Positions 1 to 12,200 of a stretch of DNA of 64,000 nt are shown here, piece after piece. Made by a program: the position numbers and the translations under genes. How positions within the stretch are numbered: the stretch's first letter is position 1; each line of letters opens with the position of its first letter. The DNA is from Elsinoe ampelina (lineage: Eukaryota). The stretch is taken from the NCBI GenBank assembly GCA_010093995.1, contig ML992506.1, forward strand, positions 1,417,617 through 1,481,616, given 5' to 3'. Below the pieces are notes generated by a model. That model ran no database searches. It was not told where the DNA came from and saw only the letters and a list, made by a program, of their open reading frames with translations.

Positions 1-266
1 CCGTGCCTCGTCGTCAGGGCCAACTTTTACGGTAGAGGGGGGCCATCGTGTCGTGATGGGCTTTTCGACTTGCCCGATGTAGGTTGGTGTGGTCGCCGGT
101 AGGTATATCACCTCTGTGGTCGCCCCCTGTCTGTATTTATGTATCGCTGTGCCACTCGGGACGTCGCTCTTGTCTTTTGTGATAGGTCTACCTCGCAGAC
201 AGAGTTTGAGATCTTGCAGCGACAGATCGACTTGACACGGGCTTTGCTGGTCTTGATTGTTTCAGC

Positions 267-1970
267 ATGCGTGGATCGCTGTTTACCGCCCTGTTGGGCT
301 TGACGGCTTCGGTCTCGGCCTTTGCGCCTGGATTGGAGGTTCGTGGTGATGATGGTACGTTGATGTCTGCCTTGGGTGCATGAACCTGTGCTAAATGTCT
401 GATAGAACGCAAGAAGCATCCGAAGCTACCTCTGCTTCAAGAGGCGACTCTCGCGGAGCTCAATGCTGGTCTCGAGAAACGACAGTTCACCAGCGTTGAC
501 CTCGTCAAGGCATACTCTGCCCGTATCCTCGAGGTTAATGGCACCCTCAATGTGGTGACCGAGATCAACCCCGATGCCATCCGCATCGCTAGGGAATCAG
601 ACCGCCGCCGAAGGGCTGGTCGTCTCCGAGGACCCCTTGATGGTATCCCAGTACTCATCAAGAACAACATCGCCACCGCCGACCAGATGTCAAACACCGC
701 TGGCTCTTTCTCCCTGCTCGGTGCAAAGGTCGCCAACGATGCAACTGTCGCAGCGAAGCTTCGCAAAGCTGGTGCCGTCATCCTCGGAAAGTCCAACCTT
801 TCTCAGTGGGCCAACTACCGCTCGACCAACTCATCCAACGGCTGGTCAGCCTACGGCGGTCAATGCAATGCAGCATACTATCCCGATCAAGATCCCTCGG
901 GTTCCTCGTCTGGGTCAGGTGTCGCCTCTTCGCTCGGTCTCGCATGGGCCTCCCTCGGTACTGAGACTTCCGGCTCCATTCTGTCCCCTTCCAATGTCAA
1001 CAACCTCGTCGGTATCAAGCCCACGGTCGGTCTCACCTCGCGCCATCTTGTCATCCCCATCTCCGAGCACCAGGACACCATCGGTCCGATGGCCCGCACT
1101 GTCACGGACGCCGCCTACCTCCTCCAAGCCATCGCCGGTGTTGACCCACTCGACAACTACACCTCGGCCATTCCCGGCGGCAAAGTCCCCGACTACATCA
1201 AGGCCCTCGACGCCGACGCCCTCTCCGGCGCCCGCCTCGGCGTCCCCAACAACATCATCTCCCCCCGCTTCAACCCGGTAATCCGCACCGCCTTCAACTC
1301 CGCCCTCTCCCTCCTCACCTCCTCGGGCGCCACCATCACCGACGCCCCCTTCACCGGCTACGCAGCCTACCTCAACAGCTCCGCGCCCGGCACCGTCCTC
1401 GACGCCGACTTCCTCATCAACCTCCGCCAATACCTCGCCCTCCTCACCCGCAACCCCAACAACGTCACCGACCTCGCCTCCGTCGCCGCCTTCACCAAGG
1501 CCTTCCCCGCCGAGGAGTTCCCCTCGCGCAACACCGGCGTGTGGGACGAAGCCCTCGCCTTGGGCTACGACAACACGGACCCGCGCTTCTTCCCGGCCTA
1601 CCAACAAAACCTCTTCTTCGGCGGCGAAGGCGGCGTCCTCGGCGCTCTGGACCGGAACAACCTCACCGCCATCGTGCTGCCGACGAATCTCTCCCCGGGC
1701 ATCCCGGCGTTGGTGGGGAGTCCCGTCGTCACGGTCCCGCTCGGGTTTTACCCGAGTAACACGACGGTGGTGCGGAATAGCCGCGGGAACCTCGTCGCGA
1801 CGGCGCCAGGGGTGCCGTTTGGGTTGAGTTTTCTGGGGAGGAAGTTTGATGAGGAGACGCTTGTGGGGTTGGCGTATGCTTTTGAGCAGAAGACGTTGGC
1901 GAGACTGCAGGGGAAAACGTACTTGGCTCCGAAGACGGAACTGGTGGATGTGTTGAGGAAGGGGGAGTGA
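267..1970 (+). CDS. Secreted amidase-signature family protein (2 exons, intron 355-405)
   Basis: Signal-peptide-like start MRGSLFTALLGLTASVSA. A GT..AG intron joins in frame to an ORF with GPLDGIPVLIK, GSSSGS and GTETSGS amidase-signature motifs. Confidence 0.9.
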
Positions 1971-2473
1971 CTGGGGTTTGAGGGGAGGGGGATGTGTGAG
2001 AGGGAGATGGGGTTGGGGAAGGGTGATGGGAGGGGGAAAGGGGAGGGGGGGTTGGGTGACGTGGGTGTATATAGCGTTGTTGGGTCCAGTTGATCTGATG
2101 ACGGGGATGGGTAATGTATTGGGTTGTATCAAGGACAAAGTTTCAATCAGAGGATCATCTTGAAGAGTGACTGTTGCGTAGTGACACCTAGCAATGATAC
2201 TGTGAAGACTGCATGATGACTACTGCTTGCGGGACACTCACAGTAAGAGGAACAGTATGATTGAAGTCTGAGATTGGCCAGCTGGTCCGGCACACGCTTT
2301 TTCAACGCCTAGTCTCATGACCACCAGTCCTCCTCCCGGAGCCGCGCGCCTCGCACCAAACAGGACAAGCCGGCGTTTCCGGCCCACATCCCCTCCCCCT
2401 CCCCCTCTCTCCTCGTCCCGCCCCTTGTCCCTCCACCACCCCCCACCCCCAATTTCCCCCAGACAAAACCCCC

Positions 2474-4144
2474 TCACTTCACCAAACTCTCATACCTACT
2501 CTCCCTCTGACTCCCCGCCACGAGAAACGCCAACTCCAAAGCCTGCTTCTCATTCAGTCTCGGATCGCAAAACGTCTCGTACCTCTCGGCCAGATCCGCG
2601 TCCTGCAACCCCTGACTCCCGCCCGTGCATTCCGTGACGGCGTCGCCCGTGAGCTCGAGGTGGACGCCGCCGAGGAAGGAGCCGAGGCGTTTGTGGATCG
2701 CGAGGGCCGAGGAGAGTTCGCGGTATATACTGGCGAAAGAGCGCGTTTTGATGCCGGTTTGCGTGGAGCGGGTGTTGCTTTGGACTCGTTAGTATGATGG
2801 GATGGGGGAGAGGAAAGGGGGGCAGGGGATGGGAGGGAGAAGGTGGAAGGAGGGGGGCTTACCCGTGCATGGGATCGCATTGCCAGACTACAATGTGGCC
2901 GCTTTTGCGCACTGTTTCGATGTGCCCTGGGAGGAGGGCCTCGACTTTGCCTTCGCCGTAGCGGGTGATCAGGGTCACTTTGCCGATCTCTTTGTTGGGG
3001 TTGACAATGTCGAGGAGCTCGACGAGGTCTTTGGTGTCGGTGGTGGGTCCGACTTTGATGCCAATTGGGTTCTCGATGCCGCGGAAGTATTCGATGTGGG
3101 CGTGGTCGGGCTGGCGGGTGCGGTCGCCGACCCAGATGAAGTGCGCGGAGGTGTTATAGTAGCCGCCGTCTGGGCCATTGCGAAGGCGTGATAGTGTGGT
3201 GGCTTCGGGAGATTGTGATTCGTTGTCCGTGTAGCGGTTTGAAGGATGGCGAAGGAAGCGGGTGAGAGCAGTCTCGTATTCTAAGAGTAGGCCTTCGTGG
3301 CTGGTGAAGAGATCGATGGTCGAGAGCACGCCGCCAGCTGTGCCGATGCCTATGGTTTGCATGAAGCGGAGACTCTCGCTGATACTGTCAACAATGCGGG
3401 CATACTTGGATTGAAGGTCTGGGTCGCCAACATGGCCGAGATTCCAGTCGAGAGGCCGTCTGACATCTGCAATGCCCGAGGCGATTTGTGCTCGGACGTA
3501 GTTGAGAGTGGCGGCTGAATGGAAGTATGCCTGAACGAGCCTATCAGGGTCGAGATCCCGCTTGTCCGGATGATAGTCGTTCAGAATATCTCCTCGGAAG
3601 GATGGGACCTCCTTTCCATCAACGACCTCGGTGGGACTACTGCGTGGCTTCGCGTACTGTCCGGCCATGCGAGCGATACGGACGACAGGTAGATGTGCGC
3701 CATAGATGAGAACCAGTGACATCTGGAGGAGAAGCTTGATTTTCGAATCGATGGCACTTGCGTTGCAGTAGTCGAACAGCTCGGCACAATCACCTCCTTG
3801 TAGGAGGAAAGCTTTCCCTTGAGCGACCTCCTTGAGTGATGTTCGCAGACGCCAGATCTCATGTGGTGTGACAATCGGAGGCAGACTGTGAAGCTTGGCA
3901 GTCGCCTTCTTGACGGCCTCTTCATCCTTGTAGATGACTGGTTGTTTGATAGGTTTCGACCTCCAAGCTGCCTCGGTATCAGCGCATGATTCTCCCATGA
4001 TTACAGGTGAAGGAAATGAATGTAGTATGACGTGTGAGGTCTTTGAAAGTACTCACAATCTGGTGACCAAGCTGCGGTCTTACTCGACCCTGACGCATGT
4101 GAAATGTCCATGTTGTGATCGCCGTTCGCCTGTGAAGCCGACAT
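2474..4144 (-). CDS. Class II DAHP (3-deoxy-7-phosphoheptulonate) synthase, 3 exons
   Basis: Spliced N-terminus WSPD/SWRSKPIKQ, plus LLQGGDCAE, RMAGQYAKPRS, CDPMHG/NT, GGVHLELTG and CDPRLN motifs. Stop at 2474-2476. Confidence 0.92.
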
Positions 4145-4684
4145 GAAAGACGGTACGGGTGTGAGTGGTGGCGAAATCTCAGGTCTTGCAGGGATTCGGA
4201 TGTTTGAAGACACTGCTAGGATCTTTTGTCAGCAAGACTCCAACTCCAATGTAATATCTGCGGTGATTCGAACAGTTTTGAGTCCTCCAGTGACATGCCA
4301 TACTTGTTCACATCGCAAGCGCACATCTCTAAGCCCTGAGGAACAGGGTTTCGGTACATGAAAGCTCGTTTTTCATACCTAATGTATGAGAGGAATTTAA
4401 TGCACTTACGTTGAATTATGGCAATTTCTCATCTAGACCTGGTTCTAGCCTTCAGTATCATGTCGATTCAGCACAGAAATTTAACCAATCCCTTTTGTAA
4501 CCAAAAAATCACCATCCCAGACCCAGTCACAGTCAAAACCCTGAGCCGCATTCAACCGGACCTCTGCCCTCCGCGGCAAAAGGACTGCCCCACACGACTC
4601 GAGCTCTTTTCCACCACCAACTGCAGCATCTGAAAGCGATCTTTCACTTTCCCCCACTGCAGCTTCCCTTATACTCAGCCCACC

Positions 4685-5092
4685 ATGGCCGAACCTCAAC
4701 CCTCGGACGCCACAAAAGGCGACACCACCCAGTCCCACCCCGCCCCGGCTGGGGGAGACGACGCCAAAGCCGCCGCCGCCCTCTCCGCCCTGGACCAACC
4801 CAGCGTCAGCGACGACGCCCCGGCCAAGAAAGATGTCGACACCAAAGCCCTCGGGGACGCGATGGCGCGGCTGGAAGTAGCGTCGGGAGGAGGCAGCGGA
4901 ACCAAGACCGGTACGAAGACGGAGAAGAAGGAGGAGGAGACGCCCAAGAAAGCGGTCAAGATTGAGGCGGCGGACGTGGCGGTCGTGGTGGAGCAGTGTG
5001 ATTTGAATAAGGTCAAGGCGGGGGAGTTGCTGAGGCAGTATGAGGGGGATTTGGGGAGGGCGTTGAGGGGATGGATTGGGGTTGGGGCGTGA
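4685..5092 (+). CDS. HYPK-like / NAC-alpha UBA-like small protein
   Basis: 135-aa ORF whose C-terminal VKIEAADVAVVVEQCDLNKVKAGELLRQYEGDLGRAL resembles the HYPK/NAC UBA domain. Confidence 0.7.
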   Translation: MAEPQPSDATKGDTTQSHPAPAGGDDAKAAAALSALDQPSVSDDAPAKKDVDTKALGDAMARLEVASGGGSGTKTGTKTEKKEEETPKKAVKIEAADVAVVVEQCDLNKVKAGELLRQYEGDLGRALRGWIGVGA

Positions 5093-5455
5093 GGGATGGG
5101 ATGGTGGACAGGAAGTTGAAATTGAGTACCGTTGAGGAAGAGCAATCGCTCGGCAGCGACATGAAGTCATTGGGCCATGGCTCAGCAGATCTGCTTGGAG
5201 ACATTGGATGGCCACAGATGGTGTGGAAGGCACGGCGGTCACAACGAGGTCGACATGAATCATGCCATTATGTGGACTGGAGGGCGAAGCTATGTTGCAA
5301 AAGGTACATTCAGGCTGTGACCTGACGAGATGTGACGAGAGCCAATGATTGCACTGGGGCGATACAATTATAGTTGACGAGAGCTATGCAGGAAGGGAAA
5401 TGTACGCATGGTATTGTACAGCGGCTGGAAGACCGCAAGCTAATGCTGTATACGC

Positions 5456-6355
5456 TCAATCCATCTTACCACCCGTGACCACCTCCGCCATACGCTTGAG
5501 TCTCTGCTTGAGCAACTCGTTCTTCGAGTCTCTCAGGCCTCCCTCGAGTTGACTCCTACCGACACCACCAAGATGGGCAACCATGTCCTGCATCTTCGGC
5601 GGTGCTCCATGTCCCCACATGCTCGGCTTACCACCAGGGAATCTATGCGGATCATTCTCCGTTCCGAATGCATCGTCTATCGCCTTGTTCAACCCCTCCT
5701 CGTCTACGATGAATTTCCTTGCATTCATGTACAGTGTGTGGAGCGCATCCTGTCGCGCTTCTCTCTTTTGCCTCTCATGGACTGCCAACCGCGCTCGAGC
5801 TGTGTTGAGACGTCGCAGACGGCCTGGATCTGGAGTTGGCCCACCTTGACGCATGCGATCGAGCTCGGCTTGTACTGATGGGTCTAGCGTGATGGATGTG
5901 AGGCGATCTGCATCTCGTTCTGGCGCTGACAGGAGTGCTTCGCGATTGTCTCGATTGCGCTGAGAGCGCTCGCGATTCTCCGTGATTCGTTGCGTACGAC
6001 GAGAGGAGAGAGCAGCGTACCCAGAGGCTAAATTTTCCTTCCGAAGCGCTGCTTGGGCAGCTTTGAATGCTAGGCTCGGATCAGATGAAGGTGTTCTAGG
6101 AATAGCCGGGCCTCGTGTTGCGGCAACGATGGATTTCTTAGGTGTCCGGCCAGCGACATCTCGAGGTATCGGTAGAATACCCTTCTGATGTAGTCTGTCC
6201 GGCTTAGTCTGTTGCGGCGGTTCGGGGATGTCGATGTAACGTGGTGATTCAGGTGCAATAGCAGCGCGTGATGCCGCAGCGCTGAAGGAGCGGTGCCGGC
6301 ATGATGGACATATGTATGCACTCCGAACTCGTAATGGAAGTGCTGAGGAAGCCAT
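5456..6355 (-). CDS. Probable mitochondrial protein, possibly ribosomal small-subunit mS26-like
   Basis: Arg/Ser-rich presequence-like N-terminus (RHRSFSA). The segment DALHTLYMNARKFIVDEEGL matches my recollection of fungal mS26-like proteins. Confidence 0.45.
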   Translation of the reverse strand: MASSALPLRVRSAYICPSCRHRSFSAAASRAAIAPESPRYIDIPEPPQQTKPDRLHQKGILPIPRDVAGRTPKKSIVAATRGPAIPRTPSSDPSLAFKAAQAALRKENLASGYAALSSRRTQRITENRERSQRNRDNREALLSAPERDADRLTSITLDPSVQAELDRMRQGGPTPDPGRLRRLNTARARLAVHERQKREARQDALHTLYMNARKFIVDEEGLNKAIDDAFGTENDPHRFPGGKPSMWGHGAPPKMQDMVAHLGGVGRSQLEGGLRDSKNELLKQRLKRMAEVVTGGKMD

Positions 6356-6563
6356 TGCAAGACCTCCTATTGCGCTGTTGGCCTAGAGCTTGTCGTAGCG
6401 TGGAAAACTGCAAGAGGTTACTGCCAAGGCCGTCTCACCGCCAAATAATTTCTGCCGCGAGGGCGAAATATTCCTGCCCGCCCTGTTGGCTCGTCGACCA
6501 CTCTGTCACCCATCAACTTACACTTCTTTCCCCAACACTCGAGTCTGAGTCTTGCCAGTCGAC

Positions 6564-8691
6564 ATGGGTACCGGTAAGAAGGAGGCCAACCGCAAGGTCC
6601 GGCAAGGTAAGACCGGCGATGGCATGGCGAATGTCAAAGTCAAGGGCGAGAACTTCTATCGGTATGCAACCTTCAATTGGGGACTATGAGGACAGCATAC
6701 GCTGACACCGCGTTCCAGCAATGCGAAGAAGATTCGAACTTTGAACATGTTCAAGGACGGCAAGGCACAGAGAAACGCGAACGGAGACATCACAAAAGCT
6801 GCATCGTTTCAGTCACGGGAAGCGCCAGTCGCACGTGTAGAGCCAAATCGGAAATGGTTCACGAATACTCGAGTCATATCACAAGATGCTCTGTCAGCGT
6901 TTCGAGGAGCCGTCGCAGCACAGCAGTCCGATCCATACTCCTATCTGATGAAGCAGAACAAGCTACCCATGAGTTTGATCAAGGACGACGAGACAAAGAA
7001 GAACGGGCTCAAGCAACATCGCGCAAAAATCGCCGTGGAGACCTCTCCTTTCTCGGATACCTTCGGACCCAAGGCACAAAGGAAGAGGCCGAAGCTTGCA
7101 GTTGGAAGCATTTTAGACTTTGCCGGGGAGACAGACAGAATGGCCGAGGACTACGTGGACCGGCAAGAACAGATGCGATTGCTGTCAGGGGCTGGCGACA
7201 AGGACGAGGAGGCTGAGGACATGGCTGAGAAAAATGACGGGCAAATCAACACTGCGAGGGAACCCATCTTCTCCAAGGGCCAAAGCAAGAGGATCTGGAA
7301 CGAGCTGTACAAGGTCATTGATTCAAGCGATGTTGTGATTCATGTGCTCGACGCACGAGATCCACTCGGGACCAGATGCAGGAGCGTCGAAAAGTACATC
7401 CGCGAAGAGGCGCCGCACAAACACTTGCTGTTCGTGCTGAACAAGTGTGATCTGGTCCCGACATCAGTAGCTGTAAGTCCTGATCTTCTTTCTCTGCACA
7501 TTTGTCAAACGCCACTGTTAAGTCAAGGCTCCTTCCGCACACGTTGCAAAGTCAATGGAGGGAATCTGTTACAACTGTGGCAGATGGAACTCTGCCCGCC
7601 GCGTTCTGAACGCCGATGGATCCGTCTTGGTTTTCTGTCACCCAGGGTTTGAGGGTGTTTCGTTTGAGTTGAGCTACCTCCTCTGTCACTTTTTTGACGG
7701 CTCATGGAATTGCTCTTAGTTATGATTCACACATTTATTCGTGGCATTCAATTTACATTGGTGGTGAAAATCCGACCACTGACAAATCAATCAGGCATCT
7801 TGGGTACGTTTACTGTCCAAGGAATATCCCACGCTCGCGTTCCACGCGTCGATCAACAACTCGTTCGGAAAGGGGTCTCTCATCTCTCTACTCCGACAGT
7901 TTTCAGCCCTGCATTCAGACCGGCGGCAGATATCCGTTGGGTTCATCGGCTACCCGAACACTGGCAAATCGTCCATCATCAACACCCTACGGAAGAAGAA
8001 GGTATGCACAGTCGCGCCCATCCCTGGCGAGACCAAAGTGTGGCAGTACATCACCCTCATGAAGCGCATATACCTTATCGACTGTCCTGGTGTGGTTCCA
8101 CCAAACATGGCAGATACGGAAGAGGACATCCTTTTACGCGGAGTAGTCCGCGTCGAGAACGTAGAGAATCCTGAGCAGTATGTCGCAGCAGCCATGCGGA
8201 AGGTCAAGCGCCATCACCTGGAAAGGACATATGATGTGAAGAATTGGGAGAACGCCACAGATTTCCTAGAAGCGCTGGCGCGAAAAGGAGGCCGACTACT
8301 AAAAGGGGGGGAGGCCGACATGGATGGTGTTGCAAAGATGGTGCTCAACGACTTCCTACGAGGTAAGATACCATGGTTCACGGCCCCACCAGACAGTGCA
8401 GGCCAAGGAGATGGCGTGCAGGGGCGGGATGGAAGGTTAGGGGAAATGGCTTCGAAGAAGCGGAAACGTGAGGCTGGAGACAACGGTGAGGAGCCGGAGG
8501 CAGGAAGTACCATATCACCAGATTTGGTGGAAGGATCAGCTTCAGACGAGGATGAAGGAGACGAAGACTTTGCTGGGTTCAGCGATGGGGACGAGGCTAG
8601 TTCAGGGGATGACTCGGGAGAAACACCGAGCACAGACGTTCATGCTGGAGGTGTGCCATTAGATGCAGCAAAGTCGATAGATCTGGGTTAG
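6564..8691 (+). CDS. NOG2: Nucleolar GTPase Nog2 (3 exons, long intron 7473-7794)
   Basis: MGTGKKE start, NGP1NT-type region, and motifs [23 protein letters not shown] (spliced exon 3) and DCPG. Confidence 0.96.
7507..7736 (+). ncRNA. snR191: Intronic H/ACA snoRNA, snR191/U19 ortholog
   Basis: Lies in the NOG2 intron. Hairpin 1 pocket AGTCA(7521)/GTTAC(7568) and hairpin 2 pocket GAGT(7666)/TAGTTA(7717) complement LSU helix 69 GUAACUAUGACUC. Each 3' guide starts 14 nt before a box: H-like AGATGG at 7582 and ACA at 7731. Confidence 0.88.
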
Positions 8692-9232
8692 AGGATATCG
8701 ATATGAAAAAATGAAGAAACCAGATGACCATGGCCCGGATGTAACTTGCGCTATTTCTTTCAGATCGGAGTGCCATCTTGTTCTAGATCTCAGCAGTATG
8801 CCATGAACAAGGCCCCGTGTCCGAAAGTCCGAGGAATCATGGGGGACTTTCTCGATGAAAGACAATCTTGCATAAGTGCTGTCCGTGCAGGGATGCAAAT
8901 GTCATCCGAGATCGTGAAAATGTGTTTGAACTGTCAGAGCCCTGAAGATCCTTGAGAAATCGGAGTGAAGTCTAGAACGGTGGCTCCAAGGTTTCGGCTC
9001 ATGAGGAAAATGCATGGGGCTGCAGATCCTGTGGCTTAACGTCGGCTCTGCCGTGAGACTTGCATGAGCCACAAATCGGGTTTGTCCAAGTTGGTCTCCG
9101 AAGTAAGCCCGCCGCCTAAAATCGCCAGCAGACCGGCCAACCGTGTGTTGACGGCAGTAAACAGTCGTGCAGCTTCGTGTTGCCCGACACCGATCTTGTC
9201 GCCGAAATATTCTTACAACCCAATCACTCAAC

Positions 9233-12200
9233 ATGCCTACGACCAGAGCCATGGCCAAACAGGCCACCGTAAACTCTGACGACAAGGAAAACGAAATCGG
9301 ACACTCTTTGCGCAAGAAACCAGTGCGACGAGCGAATACAAAGACGGCAGGCTCAAAAGCGAAAGGTCGCAAAGCTACTCAACAAGAGGAAGCTGCATCG
9401 CCGTTATCCCCGAAAAAGGTCACTCAGATGTCACACGCGCGCACTCGTCAAACGCAATCGGAATTGACAGGCGCCAAAGTCACTCTACTCGTGGACAACA
9501 ATAATGGTCCGGTCAAGGCGCGACGTGCTGTGACAAGACAGGCGGCTGGAACACAGCCTGCTTCTGCCCCGGATTTCGATCTTGAGCAAAGGCCCAGACC
9601 GCAGGGCCCCAAACCACGCCAGACGCGTAAAAATTGGAATGCGGCACAAGGCGGCACCAAGGACAATGTCCCTGCCGATGTTCACAACGAACCTGCAGCA
9701 AAACGGCTCTCGTTGCAGAACTCTCCAGCCGTCGATCGAAAATGTCCTGATGATCGAATTATCACTTCTCCTTCCCACAATGGTTCTCCCAGTCAGGGGA
9801 CTCTTCGGCGGAGCCTGGCTGGAACGCCTATGGAGAATAAGACAATCCTCATGCCTGCTCGGCACAGCTTTGCATCCCAATATCAAGTCGACATAACATC
9901 CACAGATCTCGACGCCTTATCTGACGACGAACTGTGCGGTCCAAAGACAGCTCTACATCGATTTGCCTCAAAAGTAACCTCCCCGGAACCTAACGCATGC
10001 ACATCCAACATTGGTCCTGAACAGGTCCACCGCCGACCATCCGCTACACCGTTGGCCAAGACTTTCAAAACACCTCAAAGGAAGATGCTCGTCCACCGTG
10101 CTGGAGAAAACCAACCTCAAACCACAAAGGTACCACTCAAGCCTGCTGACACTTCGCTGCCTCGACGTCCAATGTCTGTCACCAGAGGCAGTTCGGTAGC
10201 CTATGTCTTTCACCCACTACCAAAGGCTAGTCGCGTGCATAGCCCTCTCAAAGGTCCCTATCAATGGCCAGTAACACCCTCGGACGAAGAGGACGATCCA
10301 ATCGATGATGACGACAAGGCATCCGTGACGTCTTCGAGGAAGTCTTCCGTGTCCCGTTCCAACGCCGGCAGCAGACCAAATACGCCAGGCTCGCGCAGGT
10401 CCACCATCACGCCACAGGTCAGGGAAAGGTTCACCCAGCTCTTATTATCCGAATCCGACGAGGACTCTGAGGATTCCGAGGATGACGATCAGGACGAACC
10501 CGTCACTGATTACTTCCCACATCTGAGGCAGACCGATGCACCGGGATCAGTGGCCGCTGCGGAATTCGAGCCCGATGTTGAGTCGGAAGAGTCAGAGGAC
10601 GATCTTGATGCCAACCTGGAGGACGATTTGGCAGAGCACAACTCAGCCCTGACTAGTGAAGAGGGCTCCCTTTGCGATGAGTCTGCTGACCTTTCCGAGG
10701 ATGCACCACAATTACCCAGCGGCATCTTCGAGTCAACGCCCCCACATATGGCCCTAGAAGTCTCTAGACTGGCCCTAGAGTCATCACCAGCAAGTGAAGA
10801 TGAACTGGCTGGCACCCCTACGCTGACACGGCTCAGCCATTTGTCAAGCAGCAGTGTTAGCTCAACGCCGCGACCAAGCGTGTCATTCAACCTAGGCGCC
10901 GGGGATGTCTCGGATACTCTGTCGCAAACACCAAAGTCGAGACCACGTTTGTCCGAGTTTCGTACACCGCACATGCGTTCTGCTCTGGAGGAATTTGACG
11001 ACGCATCTCTGATAACTCCCGGCGTCGAGGTTCCGTATGGTACCCTCGATCGTAATCGCACCGTCTGCATTGATCCTTCTCTGCTGTCGTCACAGGATAC
11101 AGAGCCGCTTTCACACCGCAAGGACAGCGTTCAGATCGACGGCTGTGAATATGACACCTCTATGAAGCCGATCCCGACTCTTCAATCAAGAACAGTTTCA
11201 GGTCAGATGGCTCCTTTTATTGCTTCGCCCAAGAAGACAAGGGAAACTGAGGCTCGGTTGAGTCTGCTCCTCAACACCGATGGGCTGATTGAGGATGCTG
11301 AAGATGACGAAGCGTCATGGCTAGCGGACGTCGACACCACAGTATTGATCAAGAGGACTGACACGCACCAAGAGCAGGCTACTGTGGGTGCGGAGGAAAC
11401 TGGCCCCAGCGAGGGATCTCAGGTCGATGACAGCTCGGTCGTGGATGGTAGTGTCATTTACAACACCACGACGAATCATGTCAGCTTTCCCACTACTCTA
11501 GCCCAGTCTTTGTTCGACCCGTCGTTCCTGGAAGAAGACGCCACGCCTCACTACGCCCTACCTACTGTCTCGTCTGACATTCGGCGAAAGTCAATGCCCT
11601 TGTTGTCCTCGCACACCCCAAGGCCAAACACGTATCGTCCACGAACGGCCGAGACGAATGTCAAGTCGACGGCCACGCCTTCTCACTTTGCAAAGCTCTG
11701 GCTTGACCGTCAGGACCAGCCATCGGCTCCGCCGTCACGAAGGCAGAGCATGCTACCAGTCACACCTTCTGCCGGCACAGCTCAGCTGCTGCCATCATCG
11801 CTGCCTCGTGCGACTTCTTCCCTCGCTCTCAGGAAAAGGGCTTCGGTGCAGTCGGTCCGTCACTCGTACGTCGACCCTACTACGCCGGTCATATCCGCCA
11901 CAGCTCCCAGACCGCGCTGCTACACGCCGTCCTCGGTCGTGGCATCGCTCAAAATCGCATCAGCCAGGCCTACGCCAGCAGTTGTCTCGCCGCCGCGAAA
12001 GCTTACATCGCCCAAAAAGATGACATCTCCACGAAAAGTACAAACTCCAGCAAGAGCCACTCCAGCTTCGGCACGGGATGGTGCCTTCACCCCACACCCG
12101 AATGCACCTCTTCGCGGTGTAGTGGCATACGTCGAAGTCTTTACCTGCTCAGCTCTTCCGGCGTCGGCGAGCTTCGTTACCTCTCTTCAACGTCTCGGCG

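Noticed and set aside
915..2138. Long antisense or alternate-frame ORFs over the amidase (similar ones over FAT1, EFG1, MED15, RRP8 and the LysM gene)
   Set aside because: Shadow ORFs caused by GC-rich codon bias and low-complexity sequence, with no independent domains.
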